From an uncultured Acidobacteriia bacterium (GTDB lineage Bacteria; Acidobacteriota; Terriglobia; Bryobacterales; Bryobacteraceae): a stretch of 64,000 bases of DNA. Position 1 is the stretch's first letter; every line of letters begins with the position of its first letter. Below, piece after piece: positions 17,521 through 28,490 of this stretch. The notes below the pieces were generated by a model. It saw nothing but the letters and a program-made list of their open reading frames with translations. It searched no databases and was not told the origin of the DNA. The stretch spans positions 35,973-99,972 of the forward strand of contig CAIKMJ010000036.1 of assembly GCA_903828455.1 (NCBI GenBank). The letters are read 5' to 3'. The position numbers were made by a program, and so were the translations under genes.

Positions 17521-17735
17521 TTGGGCGGGCAGCGGTTGGGATGCCGGTGGGCGGGCAGCGGGGTCGCGGGGCTCGGGGTTGGGCGGGATCGCGGGGCGGG
17601 TGTGGCGCCACGGTCGGGGCCGCGTGGGAGGGGCGGGTGCGGGTTGCGAGTGCCGCGTGGGCGGGGCGGGTGTGGCGTCGCGAGTGTCGTGTGGGCGGGA
17701 CGGATGCGGGTATTCCGCGGGCTGCTCACGGGAAT
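17521..17735 (+). repeat. extreme G-tract region (more than 25 runs of GGG/GGGG on the + strand) in a divergent promoter region
   Basis: Read directly, for example GGGGTCGCGGGGCTCGGGGTTGGGCGGG and GGGAGGGGCGGGTGCGGG. ggggcgggtgtggcg occurs twice (17593, 17663). Confidence 0.85.
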
Positions 17736-17802
17736 TGCGGCAGGCAGTCGGGCGTGAAATAATAGCGTGAACCTATTCCGTTTTGTCCCGGAAGAGAAAC
17801 GA

Positions 17803-18792
17803 ATGCAGTCGCCATACGCACACAAACAATCGTCCGGATGGACACTGCGGAGCCTGGCTGCGAGGAGCGGGGCGCTGCTGGTTTTTGCCGCCGCAATAGC
17901 CGGGTCTGCGATGGCCGCCACGCTTCCTTTGCAGTTCGCCGCGCCGAAGGACGATGCCGTCCCGGTGGGCCTGAGTGTGAACGACGCATACCGGCTGACC
18001 TTCTTAAACAATGACGACGCGGTGCGGGCGCTGTTCGACTGGAAGTCCGCAGCGGAAGCGGGGACGGTCGAAGCCAGCCGTGTTATCGCGGGGCTGCCGG
18101 ATCCGGGCAGCGTTGGCTCCCTGCCAGCGAAGGGCGGCCGGAGCGTTGCGGTCACGGGCATTTCGCTGACGGCACTGGACCCCACTTACGACACCGACGG
18201 GCTGATGCCGGAGATTTTGCGCGAGTCCCACGCGCAGGCGGTCGCCGTCAGGTCCGAGCTGGATAAAGCGAAAGCGGAAATTGGCGGCGGTCAGGTGGCC
18301 GCGGCGCGGGAGCGGCTCGCCGAACTGGCGAGGAGCAGCGAAAGCGCCGAAGCGCTGATCCTGCTGGCTGAACTGGATGCAAAAAATGGCGCGCCGGCCG
18401 ACGATATGGTGAAGCAGTACATGAAGGCGCTGGCGGCCGATCCGAAGAATGCACTGGCGATGAATAATCTGGCCAATTATCTGCTGCAGTCCAACAGGAT
18501 CAATGACGCGATCTACTGGGGACGCAAGGCGCTGAAGACGGCGCCGGGCAATCCTTACGTGGCCGATACGCTGGGCTGGATTTATTTCCGCCAGGGCAAA
18601 TATAAAGACGCAAGGCCGCTGCTGGAGCTCTCCCTGCGGGCCGCGGCTCGTCCGGTGGCGCATTACCACCTGGCTGGTTTACTGGCGAAGACGGGCGAGA
18701 AGGAACGCGCCCGCGAGGAATACGGACTGGCGCTGAAGCAGGACGCAAAGTCCGAAGCGCGGTCGGATGTCAGCAGCTTGTTTGAACGGTAA
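17803..18792 (+). CDS. secreted TPR-repeat protein
   Basis: ORF 17767..18792 with ATG at 17803. Hydrophobic signal ALLVFAAAIAGSAMA. The C-terminal half has canonical TPR units (ALAMNNLANYLLQSNRINDAIYWGRKALKTAPGNPYVADTLGWIYFRQGKYKDA). Confidence 0.7.
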   Translation: MQSPYAHKQSSGWTLRSLAARSGALLVFAAAIAGSAMAATLPLQFAAPKDDAVPVGLSVNDAYRLTFLNNDDAVRALFDWKSAAEAGTVEASRVIAGLPDPGSVGSLPAKGGRSVAVTGISLTALDPTYDTDGLMPEILRESHAQAVAVRSELDKAKAEIGGGQVAAARERLAELARSSESAEALILLAELDAKNGAPADDMVKQYMKALAADPKNALAMNNLANYLLQSNRINDAIYWGRKALKTAPGNPYVADTLGWIYFRQGKYKDARPLLELSLRAAARPVAHYHLAGLLAKTGEKERAREEYGLALKQDAKSEARSDVSSLFER

Positions 18793-18826
18793 TCCCTGAG
18801 AACCACTTTGAAGCGGAGTCCACAGT

Positions 18827-20143
18827 TTGCGTAAATTATTTTTCTGGTTTCACCTGTGCCTGGGTCTGGCGGCGGGGATTATCGTACTCGAAAAGTGCGT
18901 GACCGGCATTCTGCTGACTTACGAAAAGCAGATCAACACGTGGGCGCGGCACCAGACGGTGCGCTTCACGCCGCCGGCGGAGGCGGCAGCGCGGCTGACG
19001 CCGGAAGCGCTGATGGCGAAGGTGCGGGAACAAGCGGGGATCGAGCCGTACGAGATCACGTTTTATTCGAATCCGGCCGAGCCGGTGGGGGTGCTTTCGG
19101 AGTCGATGTCGGACGACGAGGGGAACCTTTATGTGAATCCGTACACGGGCGCGTCGCTGGGGCGGACGACGATTCCGACGCGGGCGTTTTTCCGCTCGGT
19201 GAATCATCTGCACCGGTGGGCGGGGATCGACGGCGGGCTCAGAAAGGCGACGGAATCGACGATGAATGCCGCTAATGTGGCGTTCTTCTTCATCCTGCTG
19301 AGCGGCATTTACCTGTGGATCCCGCGTAAGATGACGTGGCAGCACTTTAAGCCGGTGGTGCTGTTCCGCAAGGGCGCGAGCGGGAAGGCGCGGGACTTCA
19401 ACTGGCATAACGTGATCGGGGTGTGGGCGTGGCTTCCGCTGGTGGTGATTGTGGGGTCGGCGGTGGAAATGTCGTACGACGGGGTCAAGGACTTTGTCTA
19501 CAGCAGCACGGCGAGCCCGGTGCGCGCACGGGACGGGAAGAAGGGCAAGAAGACGGGCGGCGAGAAGGGTCCGCAGCAGAATGCGGGGAAGAAGGGCGGT
19601 GCACAGCAGGGCGATCGGCCGCAGGGTACACAGCAGGCGGCCAACGGGAGGCAGCCGGAGCCCGCGGTGGCGCGCCGCCGTCACGACGCTCCGCCGCTGA
19701 ACTACGCCGGGCTGGATGCGGCGGTGGCTACGGCCGAGGCGCAGATGCCGGGCTGGAATTACGTGCGCGTGCGCGTGCCGGACGGTCCGCGCGACCCGTT
19801 TGAATTCACGGTAGATAAAGGCAACGGCGCGCAGCCGCAGGACCAGGGCGCGCTGACGGTGGCGCGCGAAGACGGCAGGGTGGTGAAATGGACTCCGTTT
19901 GAGGCGCAGAGCAGCGGCCGGCGCATCGAGTCGATATTGCGGTACACGCACACCGGTGAAATCTGGGGCATTTTCGGAGAGACGCTGGCGCTGCTGTTTA
20001 CGGCTGGCGGCTGCGTGCTGGTGTATACGGGGCTCGCGCTTTCGCTGCGCCGTTTCCTGAACTGGAAGAAGCGGCGGTCGCGTCCGGCACCGGTGGCGAA
20101 GGCCGGGAAGAAGCAGGAAGAGAAGGTCCTGCAGGCGGTCTGA
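18827..20143 (+). CDS. PepSY-associated TM-helix (PiuB-like) membrane protein
   Basis: 438 aa with a TTG start. MRKLFFWFHLCLGLAAGIIVLEKCVTGILLTYEKQI is the typical PepSY_TM N-terminus. A C-terminal TM is preceded by HTGEIWG. Confidence 0.75.
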   Translation: MRKLFFWFHLCLGLAAGIIVLEKCVTGILLTYEKQINTWARHQTVRFTPPAEAAARLTPEALMAKVREQAGIEPYEITFYSNPAEPVGVLSESMSDDEGNLYVNPYTGASLGRTTIPTRAFFRSVNHLHRWAGIDGGLRKATESTMNAANVAFFFILLSGIYLWIPRKMTWQHFKPVVLFRKGASGKARDFNWHNVIGVWAWLPLVVIVGSAVEMSYDGVKDFVYSSTASPVRARDGKKGKKTGGEKGPQQNAGKKGGAQQGDRPQGTQQAANGRQPEPAVARRRHDAPPLNYAGLDAAVATAEAQMPGWNYVRVRVPDGPRDPFEFTVDKGNGAQPQDQGALTVAREDGRVVKWTPFEAQSSGRRIESILRYTHTGEIWGIFGETLALLFTAGGCVLVYTGLALSLRRFLNWKKRRSRPAPVAKAGKKQEEKVLQAV

Positions 20144-20183
20144 CGGGGTTCCGGCGGACCCGGAGGTTCGGCCTCATCTGGTA

Positions 20184-20209
20184 TATTTATTCATATCGGT
20201 GAATAAATA
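20184..20209. promoter_or_regulatory. AT-rich 10-bp inverted repeat abutting the argC start; candidate ArgR (ARG-box pair) operator
   Basis: tatttATTCA (20184-20193), 6-nt spacer, TGAATaaata (20200-20209), ending 3 nt before ATG 20213. ATTCA-N6-TGAAT is what the junction of two adjacent 18-bp ARG boxes (wnTGAATwwwwATTCAnw) looks like. Confidence 0.45.
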
Positions 20210-20212
20210 ACC

Positions 20213-21220
20213 ATGAGCGCTTCGGTCGGAATTGTCGGTTTCAGAGGGTACAGCGGGGCGGAGGCGGCGCGGATTCTGGCGCGGCACCCGCATTGCGAGC
20301 CCGTCCTTTTAGAGCACCGCGCCGATGGCGGCGACGAGGCGAAACTGCTGCGTAAATCCGGCATTCGCCGCGCGCCGGCGTCGGCGGATTCGGTGAAGGC
20401 GGAGGGCCTGAAGGCCGTTCTGTTTGCCACGCCGCCGGAGGTTTCCATGGACCTGGCGCAGAAGTTTCTCGACGCCGGGGCGGTGGTGGTGGACCTCAGC
20501 GGCGCGTTCCGGCTGGGCACGGCCGAGCGTTACAAGCAGTGGTACAAGGAAGAGCACACCGCCGCCGGGCTGCTCGGCGAAGCGGTCTACAGCATCCCGG
20601 AATTTCATCGCGCGGCGGCGCGGGGGGCGCGGCTGATTTCGAATCCCGGCTGTTATCCCACGGCGGCGAATCTGGCGATTCGTCCGCTGGTGGAAGCGGG
20701 CGTGATCGATCGCAAGTGCGGGATAGTGTGCGATGCCAAGAGCGGCGTCAGCGGGGCGGGGCGCAAGGCATCGCTCAAGACCAGCTTCTGCGAGGTGACG
20801 GAAAACTTTTCCGCCTATTCGATGCTGAATCACCGGCACGTGCCGGAAGTGCTGATGACGAGCGGCGTGGAGGAGAGCGAATTCAGCTTCACGGCGCAGC
20901 TGATTCCGATCGATCGCGGCATTCTGGAAACGATTTACTTCCGGCCGGCGATGCCGATGTCGGCGGCGGAAATTCTGGAAGTTTACGACAAGCGGTATCA
21001 CGACGAGCCGTTCGTGCGGCTGTACCAGGCGGGCCATGTGCCGGACCTGCGGGCCGTGCAGCGGACCAACTTCTGCGACATCGGAGTGGCGGCGGATGCG
21101 GCCACGGGGCGCGTGGTGGTGGTGAGCGCCATCGATAACCTGGTGAAAGGCGCGGCCGGACAGGCGATTCAGAACATGAACCTTGCGCTCGGATACGAAG
21201 AAACGGCGGGACTTCTCTAA
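20213..21220 (+). CDS. argC: N-acetyl-gamma-glutamyl-phosphate reductase
   Basis: 335 aa. N-terminal GIVGFRGYSG Rossmann motif and active-site ISNPGCYPTA. Confidence 0.92.
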   Translation: MSASVGIVGFRGYSGAEAARILARHPHCEPVLLEHRADGGDEAKLLRKSGIRRAPASADSVKAEGLKAVLFATPPEVSMDLAQKFLDAGAVVVDLSGAFRLGTAERYKQWYKEEHTAAGLLGEAVYSIPEFHRAAARGARLISNPGCYPTAANLAIRPLVEAGVIDRKCGIVCDAKSGVSGAGRKASLKTSFCEVTENFSAYSMLNHRHVPEVLMTSGVEESEFSFTAQLIPIDRGILETIYFRPAMPMSAAEILEVYDKRYHDEPFVRLYQAGHVPDLRAVQRTNFCDIGVAADAATGRVVVVSAIDNLVKGAAGQAIQNMNLALGYEETAGLL

Positions 21221-21222
21221 CG

Positions 21223-22005
21223 ATGCGGGCACTGATCAAAGTGGGCGGGAGCCTGCTGGACGACCCGGCGTCGCGCACCGATATTGCGAATCAGATTGCG
21301 GCGGTGGCGGCGTCCGGCGTGCATGTGACGGTGGTTCACGGCGGCGGCAAGCAGATGACGCGCTTCCTTGAAGAACGCGGGGTGAAGAGCACGTTTGTGC
21401 GCGGGCTGCGCGTGACGACCGATGAGACGGTGGATGCGGTGCTGAAGGTTTTGGCCGGCTCGGTGAATACGCAGCTGGTGGCGGCGATCTGCGCGGCGGG
21501 TTCGCGGGCGGCGGGACTGACGGGCATCGATTCGGGCGTGGCGATTGCGGAACAGCTGGATCCGGAGCTGGGGTGGGTGGGGCGCGTGGTATCGTCCGAT
21601 CCGCGGCTGCTCGAAACGCTCACCGGAGCGGGCTACGTGCCGGTGGTGGCGTGCGTGGCGGGCGGACGGAACGGCGAAGTGTTCAACGTGAACGGCGATT
21701 CGATGGCGGTGGCGGTGGCTTCGGGCTGGAAGGTGGACCGGTGCGTGTTCCTGACGGACGTTCCCGGCGTGCTGGATGCGGACAAGCAGCGCATTCCGGT
21801 GCTGACGGTTGCGGGCTGCGGCGAGCTGATCGCCGCCGGCGTGGCGACGGGCGGCATGCAGGCCAAGCTGAATGCGGCGACCGACGCGGTGCTGGGCGGG
21901 GTGGCCGAGGTGCGGATCGTGCGCGGATCGGACCCGAACATTGTGCGCCGCGTGTTCGATAATCAGGATGACGGAACCCGCGTGATCGCCGGTTCGTTGA
22001 AGTAG
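21223..22005 (+). CDS. argB: acetylglutamate kinase
   Basis: 260 aa. IKVGGS, VVHGGG, and VNGD/NADxxA-like amino-acid-kinase motifs. It lies 2 nt after argC. Confidence 0.9.
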   Translation: MRALIKVGGSLLDDPASRTDIANQIAAVAASGVHVTVVHGGGKQMTRFLEERGVKSTFVRGLRVTTDETVDAVLKVLAGSVNTQLVAAICAAGSRAAGLTGIDSGVAIAEQLDPELGWVGRVVSSDPRLLETLTGAGYVPVVACVAGGRNGEVFNVNGDSMAVAVASGWKVDRCVFLTDVPGVLDADKQRIPVLTVAGCGELIAAGVATGGMQAKLNAATDAVLGGVAEVRIVRGSDPNIVRRVFDNQDDGTRVIAGSLK

Positions 22006-22011
22006 TTGCAG

Positions 22012-22614
22012 ATGCTCAGCGCTCTCACTCCCGATGTAGTGCCCGATTCCGTGCAGCGGCCGGCGCGCGGCATTGTGGTCCGCAAGGCGACCATGCAGGA
22101 CATACCCGGCCTGCTGGCGCTCATCAACGGCTACGCGGCCAAGGGGATCATGCTGGCGCGGACCGAGTTCGAGCTTTCCGAAGCCATGCGCGATTTCATG
22201 GTGGCCTACGACGGCGACACGCTGGTGGGCTGCGGCGCGCTGCATTTCTATTCGCCGACAATGGGCGAGATCCGGTCGCTGGCGGTGGCGGCGAGCCACA
22301 AGACGCACGGGATCGGACGGCTGATTGTGGATGCGCTGGTGAGCGAGGCCAAGCATTACGGGCTGGATGCGGTGTTTGCGTTCACCTACGTGCCGGGCTT
22401 CTTCGGCAAGCTGCAGTTCCACGAGGTGGAACGGGGCGAGCTGCCGCTGAAGGCGTGGAAGGATTGTCTGCGCTGCCCGAAGTTCCAGTCGTGCGACGAG
22501 ATTGCCGTGGTGCGGGTGCTGCGGCCGGAGCGCTGGGAGCAGCGGACCGAGGTGCCGCCGGTGATCGGGATCGACGACGGGCTGGTGGTGCTGCTGCCGA
22601 CGGTGAAGCGGTAG
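22012..22614 (+). CDS. GNAT N-acetyltransferase, short N-acetylglutamate-synthase-like, with Cys-rich C-terminal extension
   Basis: ORF 22006..22614, immediately after argB. GNAT motif A is RSLAVAASHKTHGIGRLIV. The C-terminal WKDCLRCPKFQSCDE pattern is seen in ArgA-like short GNATs as I recall. Confidence 0.7.
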   Translation: MLSALTPDVVPDSVQRPARGIVVRKATMQDIPGLLALINGYAAKGIMLARTEFELSEAMRDFMVAYDGDTLVGCGALHFYSPTMGEIRSLAVAASHKTHGIGRLIVDALVSEAKHYGLDAVFAFTYVPGFFGKLQFHEVERGELPLKAWKDCLRCPKFQSCDEIAVVRVLRPERWEQRTEVPPVIGIDDGLVVLLPTVKR

Positions 22615-22620
22615 ACGGCG

Positions 22621-23706
22621 TCAGGCGCCGGACGGGGCCGGGTGGAGCGGCAGACGCTCTAACGCCCAACGGGCATGTTCCGCCACCACCGCATCGGGCG
22701 ACGCGGCCAGCTTCGCGAGGGGCTCGCGGAACTTCGCCAGGCCGGAATTGCCCATGGCCACCGCGACATTGCGCAGGAAGCCGGAGTACCTGGCGCGGCT
22801 CACCGGCGTGCGGCGGAACAGCGCACGAAATTCGGACTCGCTGAGAGCCGCCATGCGATCGAGCGGCGGGGCGACTTCGCCGGGCGCGAAGGCGGGTTCG
22901 CGGGTGAGTGCCGCCTTGCGGTTCCATGGGCAGACGTCCTGACAAATGTCGCAGCCGAAGATGTTGTGGCCGATGCCGGTGCGGTGCTCCTCGGGGAGGG
23001 TGCCGCGCAGTTCGATGGTGAAGTAGGAAATGCAGCGGCGGGCATCGAGCTCGAAACGTCCATGGGGCGAGGGAACGATGGCTGCGGTGGGGCAGGCATC
23101 GATGCAGCGGGTGCAGCTCCCACAACGGTCGGGGACGGGGGCGGCGTCGGGTTCCAGTTCGAGCGTGGTGAGCAGTTCGCCGAGGAAGAACCAGGAGCCG
23201 AGCTGCTGGCTGATGAGGCAGGTGTTTTTGCCGATCCAGCCGAGGCCGGCGGCGCGGGCGAGCGAGCGCTCCAAAAGGGGCGCGGTATCGACACAGGCGC
23301 GATACTGCATCGCTTGCTTTTCCAATAGCTTCGATGCCATTGCCTCAAGTTTTTCGCGAAGCACATCGTGATAGTCTTCGCCCCAGGCGTAGCGGGAGAT
23401 CCAGGCGCGTTCGGGCGAGGACAGTTGGGTGGATTTCGGCTCCGGTCCGTTGTAGACGAGCCCGACGCAGATGACGGAGCGGAGGCCGGGCAGAAGTTCT
23501 TCGGGGTGGTGGCGAAGGTCGCCACGCCGGTCGGTGAGGTAGCGCATCTGGCCGGCGAGGCCGCGATCGGCCCAGGAGCGGAAGCGGGCGAAGTCGGCGA
23601 TTTCGGCGGCGGGGACCACGCCGACCAGATCGAACCCGCACTCCCGCGCGGTATTTCGAACGGTGTCGGCGGTTATCGCAGGTGTCAGCATGCTTGCCCC
23701 AGCCAT
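22621..23706 (-). CDS. queG: tRNA epoxyqueuosine(34) reductase
   Basis: 361 aa. Two ferredoxin-type clusters, CGSCTRCIDACP and CDICQDVCPWN, and a C-terminal HEAT-like tail. Confidence 0.88.
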   Translation of the reverse strand: MAGASMLTPAITADTVRNTARECGFDLVGVVPAAEIADFARFRSWADRGLAGQMRYLTDRRGDLRHHPEELLPGLRSVICVGLVYNGPEPKSTQLSSPERAWISRYAWGEDYHDVLREKLEAMASKLLEKQAMQYRACVDTAPLLERSLARAAGLGWIGKNTCLISQQLGSWFFLGELLTTLELEPDAAPVPDRCGSCTRCIDACPTAAIVPSPHGRFELDARRCISYFTIELRGTLPEEHRTGIGHNIFGCDICQDVCPWNRKAALTREPAFAPGEVAPPLDRMAALSESEFRALFRRTPVSRARYSGFLRNVAVAMGNSGLAKFREPLAKLAASPDAVVAEHARWALERLPLHPAPSGA

Positions 23707-23988
23707 GTTAGCCTGAATGGCGCCGCGGAACCGAATTTCCGCCGTGGCCGTGACGATCTAACTTGAAGATCGCACTGCTACTTAGCCCGTTTTTCGCCCG
23801 TTCAGGCGCTGCTGGGTCCCGTTCGATGGCGGATTGCCCCATCCGACCGAAAAACGCGACACTTCACTGCTTTCCAGTCGGTCCGCCGACCGCCCCGTAC
23901 TACCCTGTTAACAATGGTGAATACGGGTTCGGCAGAGGTCTGCCTGAGCTTTCGCCATTGCAGCTAATCCGAAGGGAAGCCTGAACGA

Positions 23989-26109
<2,121 letters not shown>

Positions 26110-26150
26110 CTTCGGGCGACCGGGGACCGGTCAGACAGTTTCAAGTGAGA

Positions 26151-26180
26151 AGGCCGCCGGGCGACTGGCGGCCTTTTTAT
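26151..26180 (+). terminator. rho-independent terminator after the radical SAM gene
   Basis: aggccgcc (26151-26158) pairs with ggcggcct (26167-26174) and is followed by a T-run at 26174-26178. Confidence 0.75.
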
Positions 26181-26244
26181 TGTCTGCCGCAACTGGCGTA
26201 TAATTCAGAAGCTCCGTACGGAGTCAGAGAGGGAACCGCAACTC

Positions 26245-26778
26245 ATGATGTCAAAGAAATTCGCCGCGCTCGTTGTGCCGGCAATGCTGGTGGCGTTTCA
26301 GGCACCGGCCGTTCGCGCCGCCGATCAGGGTCTGATCATCCAGAAGGCTCTTTCGCTCGACATGGCCATTGCCGCCGCCGAGGGCGCGCTGGCGCAGTGC
26401 CGAACCATGAAATACAAGTGCGCCGTGGTGGTGCTCAACGGCAGCGGACGGACGCTGGTCTCGCTCGAAGACGACGGCGCCTTCATGCACCGGATGGACA
26501 TTGCGCACAAAAAGGCTTACACGGCACTGGTTTACCGCAAGCCGTCGAAAGAATCGGTAGAAGGCTGGTCGACGAAGATGGCCGCCGGGAAGCCGCTGGC
26601 GGAGGGCACGCTGCCTTCGCCGCCGGTGGAAGGCACGATCGCGATGGGCGGCGGACTGCCGATCATCGTGGGCGGGGAGACGATTGGCGCGATCGCGGTC
26701 AGCGGCGGCCCGGGCTGGGAGGCCGATGAGGCGATGGGGAAGGCGGGCCTTGCGAAGATTGCCGACAAGCTGAAGTAA
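26245..26778 (+). CDS. secreted GlcG/HbpS-like (DUF336) haem-binding protein
   Basis: 177 aa with a signal peptide. GGGLPIIVGGETIGAIAVSGGPG is the hallmark DUF336/GlcG motif. Confidence 0.8.
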   Translation: MMSKKFAALVVPAMLVAFQAPAVRAADQGLIIQKALSLDMAIAAAEGALAQCRTMKYKCAVVVLNGSGRTLVSLEDDGAFMHRMDIAHKKAYTALVYRKPSKESVEGWSTKMAAGKPLAEGTLPSPPVEGTIAMGGGLPIIVGGETIGAIAVSGGPGWEADEAMGKAGLAKIADKLK

Positions 26779-26794
26779 CAGACGACCGGAAACG

Positions 26795-26838
26795 AAAAGA
26801 GCGGCGTCACCGGTTGCAGCCGGCGGCGCCGCTCTTTT
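26795..26838. terminator. bidirectional terminator between convergent genes
   Basis: aaaagagcggcg (26795-26806) pairs with cgccgctctttt (26827-26838). The A-run/T-run flanks allow function on both strands. Confidence 0.7.
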
Positions 26839-26860
26839 GGTTTCTGGTGGGTGTTTGCGG

Positions 26861-26924
26861 TCTACTTCATCTAGTTTCTACTTCAACTCTTTTCTACTTC
26901 AACTCTTTTCTACTTCAACTCTTT
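26861..26924. repeat. 16-bp x4 tandem repeat (tctacttcaactcttt) copying stop codon plus last four codons of the MBL gene
   Basis: Three perfect copies at 26877-26892, 26893-26908 and 26909-26924, plus a degenerate tctacttcatctagtt at 26861-26876. The last copy holds the real stop (cta, 26910-26912) and the codons for KELK. Confidence 0.95.
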
Positions 26925-27785
26925 CATGAGGCCCTGCAGGCTCCACTGTTCCTGCAACGAGCCTTTCTTCCAGTTGAACTCGGTGGCCATGACCTGGAAC
27001 AATTCGTCGGCGCTCTTGCCGCCGCGCACGAGGCCCTGCGCGCGCGTCCGCAGCTTCTCCACCATGTTGCGGTATTCCTGGAGGCTGGCTTTCGTGGTCA
27101 CGGCGCCGTGACCGGGGATGACGGTATCGAAATCGAGCGAGGAGAGGACCTTGTCGAGCGTCTTCGTCCATTCGATGACGCTGCCGCCGCCGGGATAGTC
27201 GATGAGCGGGGTGTTGCCGGACATGAGATCGCCGGTGTGGACGACCTTCAGCGCGGGGAAATAGATGACCGCGTCCGTATTGGTGTGGCCGCGCCCGTAG
27301 AATTTCGCGCGAACTTCCTTGCCGCCGAGGAAGACGGACATTTCATCGTTGAAGGTAATGGTGGCCGGCTGGACGTCGGGCGCCGCCATGTTGGACTGCA
27401 CCTTGTTCAGGATGTTCAGGCGCGCCTGCTGGGTGGAAATGATCTGCGCGGTGCCGAGGAATTTGCCGTTGCCGCCGCTGTGGTCCTGATGATAGTGCGT
27501 GCTCAGGATGTACTTGACGGGCTGGCTGGTGACGGATTTGATGTTGGCGAGAATCTGGTCGTGGTCGGCATCGAACTTGTCGTCTACCAGAATGACGCCT
27601 TCGCTGGTGATGTAGACGGCCACGTTGCCGCCGTCGCCTTCGATCTCATAGAGATCTTCTTTGACTTTGTTGATTTTGAGCTGCGAGGGCGGGGCCTGCG
27701 TGTAGGCCAGCCATCCGGCAAAAAGGAACGAGACAACGGCGAGGGAGCGCGCAACGGTCTTCCGGGTCATGGAAAAGCGATTCAT
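26910..27785 (-). CDS. secreted MBL-fold metallo-hydrolase
   Basis: 291 aa. Signal or anchor segment, STHYHQDHSGG (HxHxDH), and a later GHG. Confidence 0.85.
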   Translation of the reverse strand: MNRFSMTRKTVARSLAVVSFLFAGWLAYTQAPPSQLKINKVKEDLYEIEGDGGNVAVYITSEGVILVDDKFDADHDQILANIKSVTSQPVKYILSTHYHQDHSGGNGKFLGTAQIISTQQARLNILNKVQSNMAAPDVQPATITFNDEMSVFLGGKEVRAKFYGRGHTNTDAVIYFPALKVVHTGDLMSGNTPLIDYPGGGSVIEWTKTLDKVLSSLDFDTVIPGHGAVTTKASLQEYRNMVEKLRTRAQGLVRGGKSADELFQVMATEFNWKKGSLQEQWSLQGLMKELK

Positions 27786-27964
27786 GGGGATGAGGATATC
27801 AAAAATTCGGCGCCACCCGATAAATACCGCCGTTCCGTTTCGCAGTGTGGCAAAAAAACGTGCGCGCCATCACTGTTCGGAATGCGGCGCACAGTGTAGA
27901 ATCACTGCTTGGCCCGTGTAATTTTTTATCGGGCCCATACGTCTTTTACGGGAACCGAAACCGC

Positions 27965-28477
27965 ATGTCAGAACAGAATCCAGCGCCGCAACAGGCCAAC
28001 GAGGACTATAGTCCCTCCCGGCGAGCCTTTCACCTGGCCGTCATCAATATCTTTGGAGCCCTGATCGGCCTCGCCCTCGCGGTTCCGACCGGCATCTACC
28101 TGCTGACGGCACCGCGCAAGCGCGGCGGGACGAAGTGGATCGACGCCGGCGATGTGGGGCAGATCAATCCGGGCACGCCGGTGGAGCTGAGCTTCCAGGA
28201 GAGCCGGCTCGACGGCTGGCGCCTGGTGACGGAAAAGAAGACGGCGTGGGTGGTGAAGAATACCGACAGCAGTATTGTGGCGTTCGGGCCGCAGTGCACC
28301 CACCTTGGCTGCGCGTATCACGTGGAGAACGGCCAGTTCGTTTGCCCGTGCCACACTTCGATCTTCTCGCTCGACGGTAAGGTGACCGCCGGCCCGGCGC
28401 CGCGCCCGCTCGACCGATACGAAACCAAAATCGAAAACAACCGGCTGCAGATCGGCGATCTGAAGCAGCAGGCGTAA
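27965..28477 (+). CDS. Rieske [2Fe-2S] subunit of a cytochrome bc-type complex
   Basis: ATG at 27965 (MSEQNPAP..) and a TM helix. Cluster boxes are CTHLGC and CPCHTS. It lies 13 nt upstream of the cytochrome b gene. Confidence 0.88.
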   Translation: MSEQNPAPQQANEDYSPSRRAFHLAVINIFGALIGLALAVPTGIYLLTAPRKRGGTKWIDAGDVGQINPGTPVELSFQESRLDGWRLVTEKKTAWVVKNTDSSIVAFGPQCTHLGCAYHVENGQFVCPCHTSIFSLDGKVTAGPAPRPLDRYETKIENNRLQIGDLKQQA

Positions 28478-28490
28478 GGAGCGACTCAAC

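Noticed and set aside
23707-23988. Possible riboswitch or leader upstream of the radical SAM gene (282-bp 5' region)
   Set aside because: No recognisable SAM, cobalamin or other riboswitch core motifs, and no obvious terminator/antiterminator pair by eye. Left unannotated.
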